Below, piece by piece: positions 27,874 to 38,506 of a stretch of 64,000 nt of DNA. Positions within the stretch are counted from its first letter, which is position 1. Every line of letters begins with the position of its first letter. Under the pieces are notes generated by a model. The model was not told the origin of the DNA. It worked only from the letters and a program-made list of their open reading frames with translations, and ran no database searches. The stretch is from positions 39,682 through 103,681 of the forward strand of contig JAJDCB010000023.1 of the NCBI GenBank assembly GCA_029261065.1, read 5' to 3'. The stretch comes from Candidatus Omnitrophota bacterium. GTDB lineage: Bacteria > Omnitrophota > Gorgyraeia > Zapsychrales > Zapsychraceae. A program made the position numbers and the translations under genes.

Positions 27874-29508
27874 ATGATTTCCGCAAATAATATTACATTA
27901 CAGTTTGGCAAACGTCGTCTGTTTGAGAACGTCAACATCACCTATACTCAGGGGAATTGTTACGGGCTGATTGGGGCTAATGGATCTGGAAAATCTACGT
28001 TTTTAAAGATTTTGTCTGGTGAGATTGACTCAACCAGTGGTGATATCGCCATTACGCCGGGGGAGAGGTTGTCTGTCTTAAAGCAGGATCAGTTTGCTTA
28101 TGATGAGTGTGAGGTTTTAACAACTGTTCTAATGGGGCATGACAAACTTTATAAGATTATTAAAGAGAAGGATGACCTGTATGCCAAGCCAGATTTTTCC
28201 GATGCTGATGGCATTCGTGCCTCAGAGTTAGAAGCGGATTTTGCTGAAATGGATGGCTGGAATGCGGAGAGCGATGCGGCCAAGTTGTTAAGCGATCTTG
28301 GTATTATGGAAGATCGGCAGTCTTTAAAAATGAAACAGCTTGAGTCGAGCCAAAAAGTTCGTGTTCTTTTGGCACAAGCTCTTTTCGGAAATCCCGATAT
28401 CCTTCTTCTCGATGAGCCTACTAATCACCTTGATATGGAAGCCTGCATGTGGTTGGAAGAATTTTTATATAACTTTGATAATACAGCGATCGTCGTTTCC
28501 CATGACCGCCATTTTTTGGATCGGGTTTGTACCCATATTGCTGATATCGATTTCGGACGTATCCAATTGTATCCAGGGAATTATACCTTTTGGTATGAGT
28601 CCAGCGCGCTTGCGTTAAAACAAAAGCAACAATCCAATAAAAAGGCTGAAGAGAAGAAAAAAGAATTACAAGATTTTATTGCTCGCTTTAGCGCCAATGC
28701 CTCTAAGTCTCGTCAAGCAACGTCACGTAAGAAAATTTTAGAGAAATTAACATTCGAAGAATTTAAACCGTCTTCACGCAAATATCCTTACATCAATTTT
28801 CAATTTGAGAAAGACTCCGGAAACGATTTATTGCATGTCCAAAACCTTTCGAAATCGATTGATGGGCAAAGTATGTTTAAAAGGTTTCATTTAGATGTGA
28901 ACAAAGGCGATAAGATTGCATTTATGGGGCGAAACGATTTAGCGAGATCTGCTTTTTTTGATGTGCTTATGGGCGAGCAAGAAGCTGATGAGGGGACATT
29001 TAAATGGGGCGCCTCAACATCAAGAGCCTATTTTCCAAAAGAAAATGTTAAATATTTTCAGTCAGAATTAAATCTTATTGACTGGTTAAGACAGTATTCG
29101 GTTGATCGCGAAGAAGGATTTGTTAGAGGGTTTTTGGGACAGATGTTGTTTTCTGGGGAGGAGTCGTTAAAACAGGTTAAAGTTTTATCTGGAGGAGAGC
29201 GCGTGCGTTGTATGCTTTCTCGTATGATGTTAACGCGTGCGAATGTTTTATTGTTAGATGAACCCACCAACCATCTCGATCTAGAATCTATCACGGCTCT
29301 TAATGAAGGGCTTGAAAAATTTCAAGGAACAATCCTTTTCTCCTCCCATGATCATCAGTTTGTTCAAACGATAGCTAACCGTATTATAGAAATCACCCCA
29401 AATGGTGTCATTGATAAACAAGGCACTACCTTGGATGAATACCTATCAAACGCAGAAATCAAAGCTAAGCGGCAGGCCTTATACGAAGAATCAGCCGTTA
29501 AAGGTTGA
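27874..29508 (+). CDS. ABC-F family ATPase (YbiT/YkpA-like)
   Basis: Two ABC domains, no TM helices, LLLDEPTNHLD twice, linker ARFSANASKSRQATSR, degenerate second Walker A. Confidence 0.92.
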   Translation: MISANNITLQFGKRRLFENVNITYTQGNCYGLIGANGSGKSTFLKILSGEIDSTSGDIAITPGERLSVLKQDQFAYDECEVLTTVLMGHDKLYKIIKEKDDLYAKPDFSDADGIRASELEADFAEMDGWNAESDAAKLLSDLGIMEDRQSLKMKQLESSQKVRVLLAQALFGNPDILLLDEPTNHLDMEACMWLEEFLYNFDNTAIVVSHDRHFLDRVCTHIADIDFGRIQLYPGNYTFWYESSALALKQKQQSNKKAEEKKKELQDFIARFSANASKSRQATSRKKILEKLTFEEFKPSSRKYPYINFQFEKDSGNDLLHVQNLSKSIDGQSMFKRFHLDVNKGDKIAFMGRNDLARSAFFDVLMGEQEADEGTFKWGASTSRAYFPKENVKYFQSELNLIDWLRQYSVDREEGFVRGFLGQMLFSGEESLKQVKVLSGGERVRCMLSRMMLTRANVLLLDEPTNHLDLESITALNEGLEKFQGTILFSSHDHQFVQTIANRIIEITPNGVIDKQGTTLDEYLSNAEIKAKRQALYEESAVKG

Positions 29509-29515
29509 TATTGCA

Positions 29516-29710
29516 TTACTCATTCTCTCCTCTAACATTTATTTCAATTGAATCTTCTTCATAAATTTGTATTTCAATGACAAATGGCCGACAGCATCTC
29601 TCACAGTCTGAAATCATTTTTTGAGTTCTGCCCGCAGAGATATCCACACTCATAGAGTTTGAAGTTCCACAATAAGGGCATAAAAAGTTGTTTTCAGGTG
29701 TTAAATCCAT
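29516..29710 (-). CDS. CPXCG motif small cysteine-rich protein
   Basis: CPYCG…DCERCCRP; start set to ATG 29710. Confidence 0.85.
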   Translation of the reverse strand: MDLTPENNFLCPYCGTSNSMSVDISAGRTQKMISDCERCCRPFVIEIQIYEEDSIEINVRGENE

Positions 29711-29825
29711 AGAAGTAATATTGGTAAACAATCTGTTCAAAAGGTATTATTCCTATGTTAGGATAGTTTGAAGTTATCGTCAAAGAGAATTTGTTAATCA
29801 TAAATAGAAGAGGAGGGTTTGCGCG

Positions 29826-30188
29826 ATGAAATTTTCTAATTTAAAAATTATGTTGGTAGTAGGTCTTATAATGGGTTTTACGTCTGCTATTTCATATGCT
29901 CAAGAAGGGGCGGGGGATGCACAAAAACCTCAAGACCAAGCGGCTGAGGTTGTAAAGAATATTTGTCCATTAAGTGGAGAAGTTGTTGGAGAAAATTTAG
30001 TTGAATATAAATATAAGAAGAAAGCCTATAAGTTTTGTTGTAAAAAATGTCTTAAAGCTTTTAAGAAAAATAAAAAGAAATATACCCCTGAAATTGCCGA
30101 TTTGTTTGATGCATTAGAAACGAGTCAAGCAGAAGAAGTTGTAAATACAGTTACCTCAGAGGTAAAGACGTTTGAAGAAAAGAAATAA
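29826..30188 (+). CDS. Secreted YHS/TRASH-domain protein
   Basis: Signal peptide (SYA|QE); NICPLSGE…YKFCCKKC. Confidence 0.82.
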   Translation: MKFSNLKIMLVVGLIMGFTSAISYAQEGAGDAQKPQDQAAEVVKNICPLSGEVVGENLVEYKYKKKAYKFCCKKCLKAFKKNKKKYTPEIADLFDALETSQAEEVVNTVTSEVKTFEEKK

Positions 30189-30199
30189 GGAAATTACCT

Positions 30200-30898
30200 A
30201 TGAGTAAGAAGTCATCTTTGAAGTTTATTAAACCTGCCATAATCGTTGTTGCCATTTTATCCGTTGCTGGAATATCCTTTCAAAAAATATCAAATTTCGC
30301 AAATGAAAATGCGATCCTCAAAGAAGTTATCAAACGACTAGAAGCCGACTCTCGTTTAGCGGAAGTATTAGTGACGGGAGTTAATTATGAAGAGAAAACA
30401 AACAAAAGTTTTACGACGATCAAGCTTCTTGAATATGATGTCTCAGGCGAGCCATTAGAACCAAAATACTTTACGTTTTCTGGTAACATCATTCAGTTTC
30501 AATCGTTAGTCATTCGATTCAATGATATTGATATTCGTCAGAAAAGTAAGCTAAAAGATAAGAGCGTCTATTTGTTTTGGAAAGTTTTTTTGCTTGATGG
30601 GGAAAATACCCAAGAGTATGAATTAACCAAAATTAATGAAATTCCACAAGGGTATAAAGTACCTGAAGAAGTTGACCCTTACGAGAAAGAGTTGTGGCAA
30701 AATTTTTGGACCTCTGCTTTAGATCCAAAAAGAGCTCAAGAGAGTGGTATTAAAAATGCTCAAATAGAAGCTCCTGGCACAATGTTTGTTCCAGGACATC
30801 TATACACTATTAATATTGAGCATGACGGTGGATTACGTATAGATTCATCTATTATTTCTCCTATTCTTCGAGGAGAAAAAATTCTTGATGACCTCTAA
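30200..30898 (+). CDS. Membrane-anchored hypothetical protein
   Basis: N-terminal TM helix, then coiled coil and a soluble domain. Confidence 0.75.
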   Translation: MSKKSSLKFIKPAIIVVAILSVAGISFQKISNFANENAILKEVIKRLEADSRLAEVLVTGVNYEEKTNKSFTTIKLLEYDVSGEPLEPKYFTFSGNIIQFQSLVIRFNDIDIRQKSKLKDKSVYLFWKVFLLDGENTQEYELTKINEIPQGYKVPEEVDPYEKELWQNFWTSALDPKRAQESGIKNAQIEAPGTMFVPGHLYTINIEHDGGLRIDSSIISPILRGEKILDDL

Positions 30899-30915
30899 CA
30901 GAAATAGTAAAGGAG

Positions 30916-31533
30916 ATGGTTATGTTGGGATTGAGGCTGATAGTATTATGTATAATAATCGGTTTAATGGGAGTAAGTGTATCGTATGCTAATTATGAGG
31001 TGTATTCGACAGAAAGTCATGAAAAGGAAGCCGAGGATTTAATTCAGCAATATGTGCAACAAATGGTCGTGCATTCTTTTACAAGGAAGGTAACAGAACT
31101 TATTCGTGATATTGTTGTTCATCAAAATATTCAAATGTTTCCAGCTATTGTTATACAAGCAGGGCAGCAAGCAGCTGTACAGTCTTTTTCACAAGAAGAT
31201 ATAAGAGAAATGGTTCGAGAAGTGTATCAAAAAAGTTTTGATTTGGCTTTAGAGCAACGCAGAAGAGGATTTAGCCAAACTCAAATGCAAAATAATATAC
31301 AAGAAAGCATTGATAAGAAATTAGAACCTATCTTGGAGGAGCCCCTTTTTAAATTTGTTGTTGAACAAGTTCTTTTGCAGGCCGATGCTATGCAAAAACA
31401 GATTGTTATTATGGAAACATTTAGGCAACAAGCCCAACTGGCGAATTTGCAACAACAGCAAGTCGCGCGTCAGCAGCAAGTACAATCACAAATTCTGCAA
31501 TCTTTACCGCGAAATGCTGCTAATTATAGATGA
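30916..31533 (+). CDS. Secreted Gln-rich hypothetical protein
   Basis: AAGGAG RBS, signal peptide (SYA|), Gln-rich C-terminus. Confidence 0.75.
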   Translation: MVMLGLRLIVLCIIIGLMGVSVSYANYEVYSTESHEKEAEDLIQQYVQQMVVHSFTRKVTELIRDIVVHQNIQMFPAIVIQAGQQAAVQSFSQEDIREMVREVYQKSFDLALEQRRRGFSQTQMQNNIQESIDKKLEPILEEPLFKFVVEQVLLQADAMQKQIVIMETFRQQAQLANLQQQQVARQQQVQSQILQSLPRNAANYR

Positions 31534-31556
31534 TTTTAAAAAGATGAGATTAGGGG

Positions 31557-31591
31557 AAAAAGAGGGCTTTTAAAGAAAGGCTCTCTTTTTT
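31557..31591 (+). terminator. Intrinsic (possibly bidirectional) terminator
   Basis: AAAAAGAGGGCTTT…AAAGGCTCTCTTTTT. Confidence 0.7.
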
Positions 31592-31861
31592 ATGGGTCCT
31601 ATTTTTTTTGTGCACACATGCAAAGCCTTTTAGAAACAATGTAAGGCTTAAGAAATATGAGAGTTTTAAGCCTTAATATGAAATACTAGAATTAAAACAT
31701 GTAATATTTTGCTATTTTTAGCTAAAAATAACAAAAAAGTACAATTTTTGGAAAAGTTAAGCTTTGTATTATGAGCTGTTGTTATATAAATGCTTATCAT
31801 TAATCTGAATAATTAGACATTCAACAATTTGTCTAAAAAACAGAATTTGGGAATATTTTGT

Positions 31862-33637
31862 ATGATTGGAGAAAAATCCGCACCAAAAGAGAAAAATGTC
31901 GTTATAAGGGGTATCTTACTGATGGCCATCCTCAGTATCACCTTTCTGACGTTTGCCTCTACAATAGGGCATGAATTTACCAATTGGGATGACCCTGTCT
32001 ATGTCATAAATAATCCAAGTATTCGTACTCTTACGCCGCAGGCTATTTTGGGTCACTTTCAGCAAACATTGACAGGTATCTATGTGCCCCTAACCACACT
32101 GTCTTTTGCTCTTGAGTACAGTGTTGCTCAACTTGATCCTTCGATTTATCATTTTAATAACATCCTCATCCATATGGCTGTTGTAGCTTTGGTTTTTCTT
32201 TTTGCGCATCAATGTGGACTTTCTCTTGTGGCAAGCGGCATTGCAGCTCTAGTTTTTGGGATTCATCCCATGCATGTGGAATCGGTGGCATGGATTACGG
32301 AACGCAAAGATGTACTGTATTCCTTTTTTTATATGTTGTCTCTTTGTAGCTATTGGCGCTATTTACAAAATCAAAACAAAGCGACATTTGGTATGACAGT
32401 TTTTTGGGGTCTGTTAAGTATGTTGGCTAAGCCCATGGCCGTTAGTCTTCCTCTGATTTTATTGTTGTGCGATTTGTTTTATGGGCGAAAACTAAAAAAG
32501 AGTGTATTTATAGAGAAGATATTTTTCTTTGTCTATATCATTCCTATTTTGTGTCCTACATTTGTTTATCTCTTTGATGAAAAGTCCATAAGCCTTGATA
32601 TAGGAGAGGCTCTGTTGATAGGGGTTTGGACGTTTGTTTTTTATATTAAATCATTTTTTCTATTCACTGATTTTAGTCCGTACTATTCTTTGCCTCAGCC
32701 CCTGTCGTTGTTGAATGCGCCGTATGCGATATCTGTATGCATTTTCGTTATTTTTGCTTTTATTTTATTTAGATATCGACGCAATAGATGGGTTGTCTTT
32801 TCATTCTTATTTTATATTTTCTCAATATTTTTTATGTTGAGATTTAAAGATGTTAGTCGAGTTGATAATTTATGTATCGTTGCCGATAGGTTTATGTATT
32901 TACCAAGTTTAGGGTTTTGTATCTTGATAGGAGCGGTATCGGATTACTACTGGAGTAAGTGGCATAATAAAAAGTTATTAAAGAAAATTTTTATCGTCTT
33001 TCTTGGCGTGATTTTTTCATTGATGGCTGTTAAGTCGATGAAACAGTGTTTGATTTGGAAAAATGGAATTACGTTATGGAGTAAGGTTATTGATAAGTAT
33101 CCAGATGTTGCTTTTGCTTATAACAATCGAGGTAATGCTTATAGTCGGGATCAATTTTTTAATGATGCTTTAAAGGATTATTCGCAAGCCTTAATCATCG
33201 ACCCAAACTACAAAAAGGTTTATAATAATCGCGGCAGTATTTATGGGCAATTAAATCAGTTTGATTTGGCCCTTTCTGATTTTAATAAAGTCATTCGATT
33301 AGACCCCCATTATGCCTTTGCTTATTATAATAGAGGAAAAACGTATCTTAATATGAAACAGCCTCTAAAGGCATTAGATGACTTTCATTCGGCGATAATT
33401 AATCATAAAAATTATTTTCAGGCTTATATCAGTCGGGGCCAAATTTATTTTGATACTAAAAAGTATGATCTAGCGTTAAACGATTTAAATCAAGCTATCG
33501 AAATTAACTCATCTTATTCTCAAGCATATGAGTTAAGATCAAAGATATTTTTTGCATTAAATAGAAAAGATAAAGCAGAAAGAGATAGTCAAAGAGCTAA
33601 AGAGTTGTTTCGTGATCAACAGATGTTTGTTTATTAG
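31862..33637 (+). CDS. TMTC-like GT-C glycosyltransferase with C-terminal TPRs
   Basis: FTNWDD, HPMHVESVAWITERKD, ADRFMYLPSLG, several AYNNRG TPR repeats; start uncertain (TTG 31829 or ATG 31862). Confidence 0.88.
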   Translation: MIGEKSAPKEKNVVIRGILLMAILSITFLTFASTIGHEFTNWDDPVYVINNPSIRTLTPQAILGHFQQTLTGIYVPLTTLSFALEYSVAQLDPSIYHFNNILIHMAVVALVFLFAHQCGLSLVASGIAALVFGIHPMHVESVAWITERKDVLYSFFYMLSLCSYWRYLQNQNKATFGMTVFWGLLSMLAKPMAVSLPLILLLCDLFYGRKLKKSVFIEKIFFFVYIIPILCPTFVYLFDEKSISLDIGEALLIGVWTFVFYIKSFFLFTDFSPYYSLPQPLSLLNAPYAISVCIFVIFAFILFRYRRNRWVVFSFLFYIFSIFFMLRFKDVSRVDNLCIVADRFMYLPSLGFCILIGAVSDYYWSKWHNKKLLKKIFIVFLGVIFSLMAVKSMKQCLIWKNGITLWSKVIDKYPDVAFAYNNRGNAYSRDQFFNDALKDYSQALIIDPNYKKVYNNRGSIYGQLNQFDLALSDFNKVIRLDPHYAFAYYNRGKTYLNMKQPLKALDDFHSAIINHKNYFQAYISRGQIYFDTKKYDLALNDLNQAIEINSSYSQAYELRSKIFFALNRKDKAERDSQRAKELFRDQQMFVY

Positions 33638-33645
33638 GAGAGGAT

Positions 33646-35925
33646 TTGAAAAAATTAATAGCAAAGGTGTTTCGCGATAATACAAAATTGATTTGTGATG
33701 TAGGAGAGATTGGAGGGTTATTTACAGATTCGACGAGCCTTGAGTCTTTCTTACAGAAAACAGTTGAGATGATTGCTCAGCATATGAACTCTCAAGTGTG
33801 CTCGATTTATCTTTATAATGAAGAGCAACGAGATTTAACGTTAAGCGCAACAAAAGGTTTGAATCAAGAACACATTGGTCAGTTAAGGTTAAAGCTTGGG
33901 GAAGGATTAACAGGGCTTGCTTTAAAAGAATTACGAGTTATTGAAGAGCGATGCGCTAGCCAAAATCCAAATTTTAAATGTGTAGAAAATTTAGGAGAAG
34001 AGCAGTACGAATCTTTTTTAGCTGTCCCAATTTTCCGTGGAGCAACAAAGATTGGTGCCATTGTTATACAAAATAAGAATAAGGCTTATTTTAGTGCAAA
34101 TGATGAACAAGCTTTGCGTGCGATAACCTCACAGTTAGCCAATACGATCGAGATGACGCGGCTTTTTATGTCGATTAATGAACAAAAAAAGCCATCGACA
34201 GACAAGACAGTAGCTTTCGATAGTAAATTTTTAAAAGGACAAGTTGGTTCGCCAGGGTTTGCTTTCGCTCAAGCGATAGTTTTAGAAAATGACCTTTTAC
34301 GATTGGAAGAAAAAGTTTCTCAAAGTAAAAGAGTCTATTCTTTAGCGGAGTTTCAAAAAGCATTAAGGACAACTGAAATTCAGCTAGAATTTTTTCAGAA
34401 AAATGTAGAAGAAAAGCTTTCTGATGTAGCTTCTCTCATTTTTTCTGCGCAAATTTTAATGTTAAAGGATCAGTCTTTTTATCAGTCTATTGTTAAGTTA
34501 GTTGAGCAGGGGATGAATCCTCCCAAAGCTATTATGGTCATTGTTGATGATTATGTTCAAAAATTTCAAAAAATAGATAATGCTTATTTAAGAGAGAAAA
34601 GTCAAGATGTTCGAGATATCGGTCGACGTCTTGTGAGTAATTTATTGGGGGATTCAGAAGATCTTGGTAAATATAATCAGTGCATTGTTATCTCTAGAGA
34701 AATGCTTCCTTCTGAAGTCCTTAAATTATCGTCACAACGAATTAAAGGCCTCGTACTCCTCAGTGGTGGGACCACCTCACATGTTTCTATATTAGCCCAA
34801 TCGTTACAAATTCCTCTCATTATTGTTGATGAACCTAAGTTAATTAACTTACCTGAATTAACATCTGTTTTGATGGATGCCCAAGAAGGCAATATATATA
34901 TTGATCCTTCAAAAGATATAAAGCACACCTATGAAGAGAAGGAGAAGTTAAGGGAAAGAGCGTCTCATTCGAAAGGAAAGATTAAGGGTTGCACTCGTTC
35001 GCGGGATGGTCTTCGTATTCAATTGATGGCAAACATTAATTTGTTAGGTGATTTGCAATATGCGCGAGATGTCAAAGCAGATGGCATTGGTTTGTATCGA
35101 ACGGAGTTTCCTTTTATCGTACGCAGTGATTTTCCTTCTGAGGAAGAGCAATACGTCATTTATCAAAGATTAACAGAAGGGATGAAGGGTAAAGAGATTA
35201 CGTTTCGCACGCTTGATATAGGGGGCGATAAAGTTTTGTCTTATTTCGAATCGCATGTGAAAGAAAACAATCCTTTTTTAGGAATGCGATCAATCCGATT
35301 TTCTCTTCGTCATGAAGAGATCTTCTCTCAACAAATTCGAGCGATTCTACGTGCTGGATATAAATCGGATCTTCGTATTATGTTTCCGATGATTTCTTCT
35401 ATTGATGAGTTTGTCTCTGCCCGTAATATTGTTGATAAATGTCTTAAGCAACTAAAGGATTTAAATATTAAACATCACTCTCAGCCAAAAATTGGAATGA
35501 TGATAGAACTTCCGGCGGTTGTACAGATAATGGAGGAGTTGGCTTTAGAAGCAGATTTTTTTAGCATTGGCACGAATGATTTTATACAATATATGTTGGC
35601 CGTTGATCGAACAAACGAGAAGGTATCCGACCTTTATTTGCCCGAACATCCAGCGATTTTGCGCGCATTAAAGATAATTGTATCTACTGCCAATAAACAT
35701 CAAAAAGATATTTCCATTTGTGGTGATATGGCGCATCAAAAACAATTTTTATCTTATTTTTTAGGTGTGGGCATTAAAAAACTAAGTCTAAATCCAGCCT
35801 ATATTCCTGAGGTTCAAGAGGTTATTGAGTCGATCAATATAAATGAGGCGGAAGAACAGTCACGAAAATTATTAACTGTTAGTAAACTTTCAGAAATGAA
35901 AAAAATGATAATCAATAAAGGATAA
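33646..35925 (+). CDS. ptsP: PEP-protein phosphotransferase with GAF domain (EI-Ntr)
   Basis: N-terminal GAF domain, GGTTSH phospho-His motif, GIGLYRTEF, RTLDIGGDK, FFSIGTND; TTG start with GGAGAGG RBS. Confidence 0.93.
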   Translation: MKKLIAKVFRDNTKLICDVGEIGGLFTDSTSLESFLQKTVEMIAQHMNSQVCSIYLYNEEQRDLTLSATKGLNQEHIGQLRLKLGEGLTGLALKELRVIEERCASQNPNFKCVENLGEEQYESFLAVPIFRGATKIGAIVIQNKNKAYFSANDEQALRAITSQLANTIEMTRLFMSINEQKKPSTDKTVAFDSKFLKGQVGSPGFAFAQAIVLENDLLRLEEKVSQSKRVYSLAEFQKALRTTEIQLEFFQKNVEEKLSDVASLIFSAQILMLKDQSFYQSIVKLVEQGMNPPKAIMVIVDDYVQKFQKIDNAYLREKSQDVRDIGRRLVSNLLGDSEDLGKYNQCIVISREMLPSEVLKLSSQRIKGLVLLSGGTTSHVSILAQSLQIPLIIVDEPKLINLPELTSVLMDAQEGNIYIDPSKDIKHTYEEKEKLRERASHSKGKIKGCTRSRDGLRIQLMANINLLGDLQYARDVKADGIGLYRTEFPFIVRSDFPSEEEQYVIYQRLTEGMKGKEITFRTLDIGGDKVLSYFESHVKENNPFLGMRSIRFSLRHEEIFSQQIRAILRAGYKSDLRIMFPMISSIDEFVSARNIVDKCLKQLKDLNIKHHSQPKIGMMIELPAVVQIMEELALEADFFSIGTNDFIQYMLAVDRTNEKVSDLYLPEHPAILRALKIIVSTANKHQKDISICGDMAHQKQFLSYFLGVGIKKLSLNPAYIPEVQEVIESININEAEEQSRKLLTVSKLSEMKKMIINKG

Positions 35926-35929
35926 GTTT

Positions 35930-36367
35930 ATGAGATATATTTATCGAATGGGAGCCGTGATTTTGGTGTTATCCCTATTGGGAGGCTGCAGTTATCCGAG
36001 TATTAGCTATCGAAAGATTGAGCGAAATATGGTGAAAGTTAATTTCGCAAATGGAATTAATAAATTAGAAGCCCCGATTCTGGCTCAAAATTTTATTCTT
36101 TATCGTGGTATGGGAGATCGATTGTATACGCTTAAGCCAATTGGTCAGAAACAATTTGTGCGTTGGTTTAAAGAGGGTGAGGAAATTGAATTTGCTATAC
36201 CCCCTCAAGATACAACCGGTTACGATGTTGAGATTACGTGGGAGGTTTATTTTCGTGACAGAGAAGGAAGTTTCTTTTGGGGACGTTATCCAGTCATGCC
36301 TTTTTATGTGGAGCTTGATGCACAATCGGGGAAGGTCTTAAGCTGGGGATTAAAGAGAGATAGGTAA
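35930..36367 (+). CDS. Hypothetical lipoprotein
   Basis: Lipobox LLGG|C after a hydrophobic stretch. Confidence 0.72.
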   Translation: MRYIYRMGAVILVLSLLGGCSYPSISYRKIERNMVKVNFANGINKLEAPILAQNFILYRGMGDRLYTLKPIGQKQFVRWFKEGEEIEFAIPPQDTTGYDVEITWEVYFRDREGSFFWGRYPVMPFYVELDAQSGKVLSWGLKRDR

Positions 36368-36466
36368 AATTCGTTTTTTGGTATTTTTTAACATATACTT
36401 ATAAGACGTTAATTTAGAAAGTCTTTGGTATTCAACAAATTAATATAATTGCTGAGGGTGCAAATA

Positions 36467-37360
36467 ATGAAAAAACTATTAGTTTATTTAACGGGTGGTT
36501 TTTTAATTGGTGGAGTGATTTTTTCTTTAGGATCATCTTATTTGGTATTTTTTACCAAAATGGGAAGTGATATTGCGGCCTCAGATAGGAACACTTATTT
36601 GTTATTCAATACGCCAATATTAATTTTTATACTAACAATGGGTATTGGGTTGTTAAAGTTTAATAATTGGGCAAGAAAGGGATTGGTTTTTCTATCAGGG
36701 GTTGGATTTCTTGTTGGGCTACTGCTTATATTCTTAAAACTATCAATAATTTTTACTTTGTTTAGTAACTTTACACAACAATTTAATTCCTCTTTAATGT
36801 TAACCTTTTTCCCTTTTTGGTTTGTTACCCTTTTTTATGTTTGTATTCCTTTGTTTTTTCTTGTTTTTTTCACCAGGCGAGCTGTCAAAATGATGTTTCT
36901 TAAAAAGGGAGAAAAGCTCGTCGTTTCATCGGAACCGTTGGGAATAAAGATTCTGGGCATTGTTTTTTGCCTTGCTTCTGCGACATGGTTACTTAAAGTT
37001 TTTTCATCTACAGATTTTCAACTGCAGATTACAGCAAATATTTTGATTAGTGGTATGGGAAAACAATTAGCCTCACTAGTGATGTTTGCTTGCTTCGTTT
37101 ATTTGGCGTATGGTTCTTTTAATTTGAAAATGACTGCTTGGAAGTTATTGGTTGTTGTATGTATCATTAGAATCGTATTAGGGTTATTTAACGTTTTTCT
37201 CACAAGTGATGAAACGTACGCTATTTTAATTTCTCAAATGTTTCAAAAAAATCAAGATATACCACAGGTTTTTTACCAATTTAGCTATCTAATGAGGTTG
37301 CTTGTCCCGGTATCCATTCTGATTTATGCTTATCGAAAAAGAGGGCTTTTTGTAAATTAA
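36467..37360 (+). CDS. Hypothetical multi-pass membrane protein
   Basis: GAGGG RBS; about 8 TM helices with internally repeated GLLKFNNWAR / GSFNLKMTAW halves. Confidence 0.75.
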   Translation: MKKLLVYLTGGFLIGGVIFSLGSSYLVFFTKMGSDIAASDRNTYLLFNTPILIFILTMGIGLLKFNNWARKGLVFLSGVGFLVGLLLIFLKLSIIFTLFSNFTQQFNSSLMLTFFPFWFVTLFYVCIPLFFLVFFTRRAVKMMFLKKGEKLVVSSEPLGIKILGIVFCLASATWLLKVFSSTDFQLQITANILISGMGKQLASLVMFACFVYLAYGSFNLKMTAWKLLVVVCIIRIVLGLFNVFLTSDETYAILISQMFQKNQDIPQVFYQFSYLMRLLVPVSILIYAYRKRGLFVN

Positions 37361-37383
37361 TAATTTTTTTAATAATATCGAAT

Positions 37384-37490
37384 AAACGCTCTTCATTATT
37401 GTTATCTATAGTGAAGGCGTTTTCCCCTCGTTCCATTCAATAGGATGGAACACAAACGGGCAGTACTTTCGAGTGCTGTCCGTTTTTTTT
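37384..37490 (+). ncRNA. Three-hairpin intergenic structure ending in a strong terminator (candidate sRNA or structured 3' UTR)
   Basis: Hairpins 37384-37422 and 37430-37451; terminator AAACGGGCAGTACT-TTCG-AGTGCTGTCCGTTT plus T-run (37454-37490). Confidence 0.35.
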
Positions 37491-37598
37491 ATGTTATAAT
37501 AGGCCACTATGAATATACAAAATGTACTTTGTGAGAGGCAAGTATATTATGATTTGCAAAAACAATTTATGAAATAAGATTTAATAAAGGAGTATGGG

Positions 37599-38411
37599 GT
37601 GAAGCAAAAGTGGACTGGGAAAATAGTGGGAGCATTATTAGGATTTCTTTTTACGAGAGGGTTGCTAGGAGTTGTCTTTGGTTTGATCATTGGGCATATT
37701 TTTGATGTGGGTAAAGATCGATCTATGAAAAAGGCTTGGGGTGGCATTTTAGGTTTTATGTTTGCCGGTCCTTTGGGTGCCATAGCGGGTGTTTATTTCG
37801 GACATGCCCTTGATACGATGAGTTCTGAGGTTAATCATCGTTCCGTTTTTCAAATTAATTTCATATCCATATTGTCATACATTATTAAAGTTGATGGACG
37901 AATTGAGAAAGAAGAAGTTAATACCGTTTTAAAGACATTTGCTCAACTGGGATATCAACGTGAAGAAATGGAGCGCTTAGGAAAGACATTAGTTTTTGCT
38001 CTTGGACAAGATATAGATTTGAAGCAAACATGTGAGGCTTTTAAAAAGGTTGCGAGTTACGAAGAGCGATTTATGCTCTTGAGAGTTGTGTATTTTGTTG
38101 TGATGGCTGATGGCGTTTTTCATGCTAAAGAGAAAGAAGCTATTAGGCAGATTGTTGAGTATTTGGAAATTCGTGATTATGATTTTAAAAGCTTACAAGC
38201 GGAGTTTGTCTGCGTAGATGATGATCATTATGCCTTATTAGGATTAAAAAGAGGGGCCACAAAGGTGGAAATAAAGAAGGCATATCGCAAATTAGCTCTT
38301 ACGCATCATCCGGATCGGGTGGGTCATTTGGGGGAGGAGTATGTCAAGATTGCTACGGAAAAATTCCAAAAAATAAATGAAGCCTACGATAAAGCCCTCA
38401 AGGAGCTATAA
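37599..38411 (+). CDS. djlA: DjlA-like co-chaperone (TM - TerB-like - DnaJ)
   Basis: WTGKIVG N-terminus, VDGRIEKEE and ADGVFHAKE TerB motifs, J-domain HHPD. Confidence 0.85.
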   Translation: MKQKWTGKIVGALLGFLFTRGLLGVVFGLIIGHIFDVGKDRSMKKAWGGILGFMFAGPLGAIAGVYFGHALDTMSSEVNHRSVFQINFISILSYIIKVDGRIEKEEVNTVLKTFAQLGYQREEMERLGKTLVFALGQDIDLKQTCEAFKKVASYEERFMLLRVVYFVVMADGVFHAKEKEAIRQIVEYLEIRDYDFKSLQAEFVCVDDDHYALLGLKRGATKVEIKKAYRKLALTHHPDRVGHLGEEYVKIATEKFQKINEAYDKALKEL

Positions 38412-38466
38412 CCTCATACTTTTCAATAGGTTACATTTCAAGATTCATTAAATTGTTTGTCTCCTA

Positions 38467-38495
38467 TTGCATTTTTGAATACAACATTATATACT
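38467..38495 (+). promoter_or_regulatory. Sigma70 promoter of the riboswitch leader
   Basis: TTGCAT (38467-72), 17-bp spacer, TATACT (38490-95). Confidence 0.65.
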
Positions 38496-38506
38496 TCCAG
38501 TAGACA

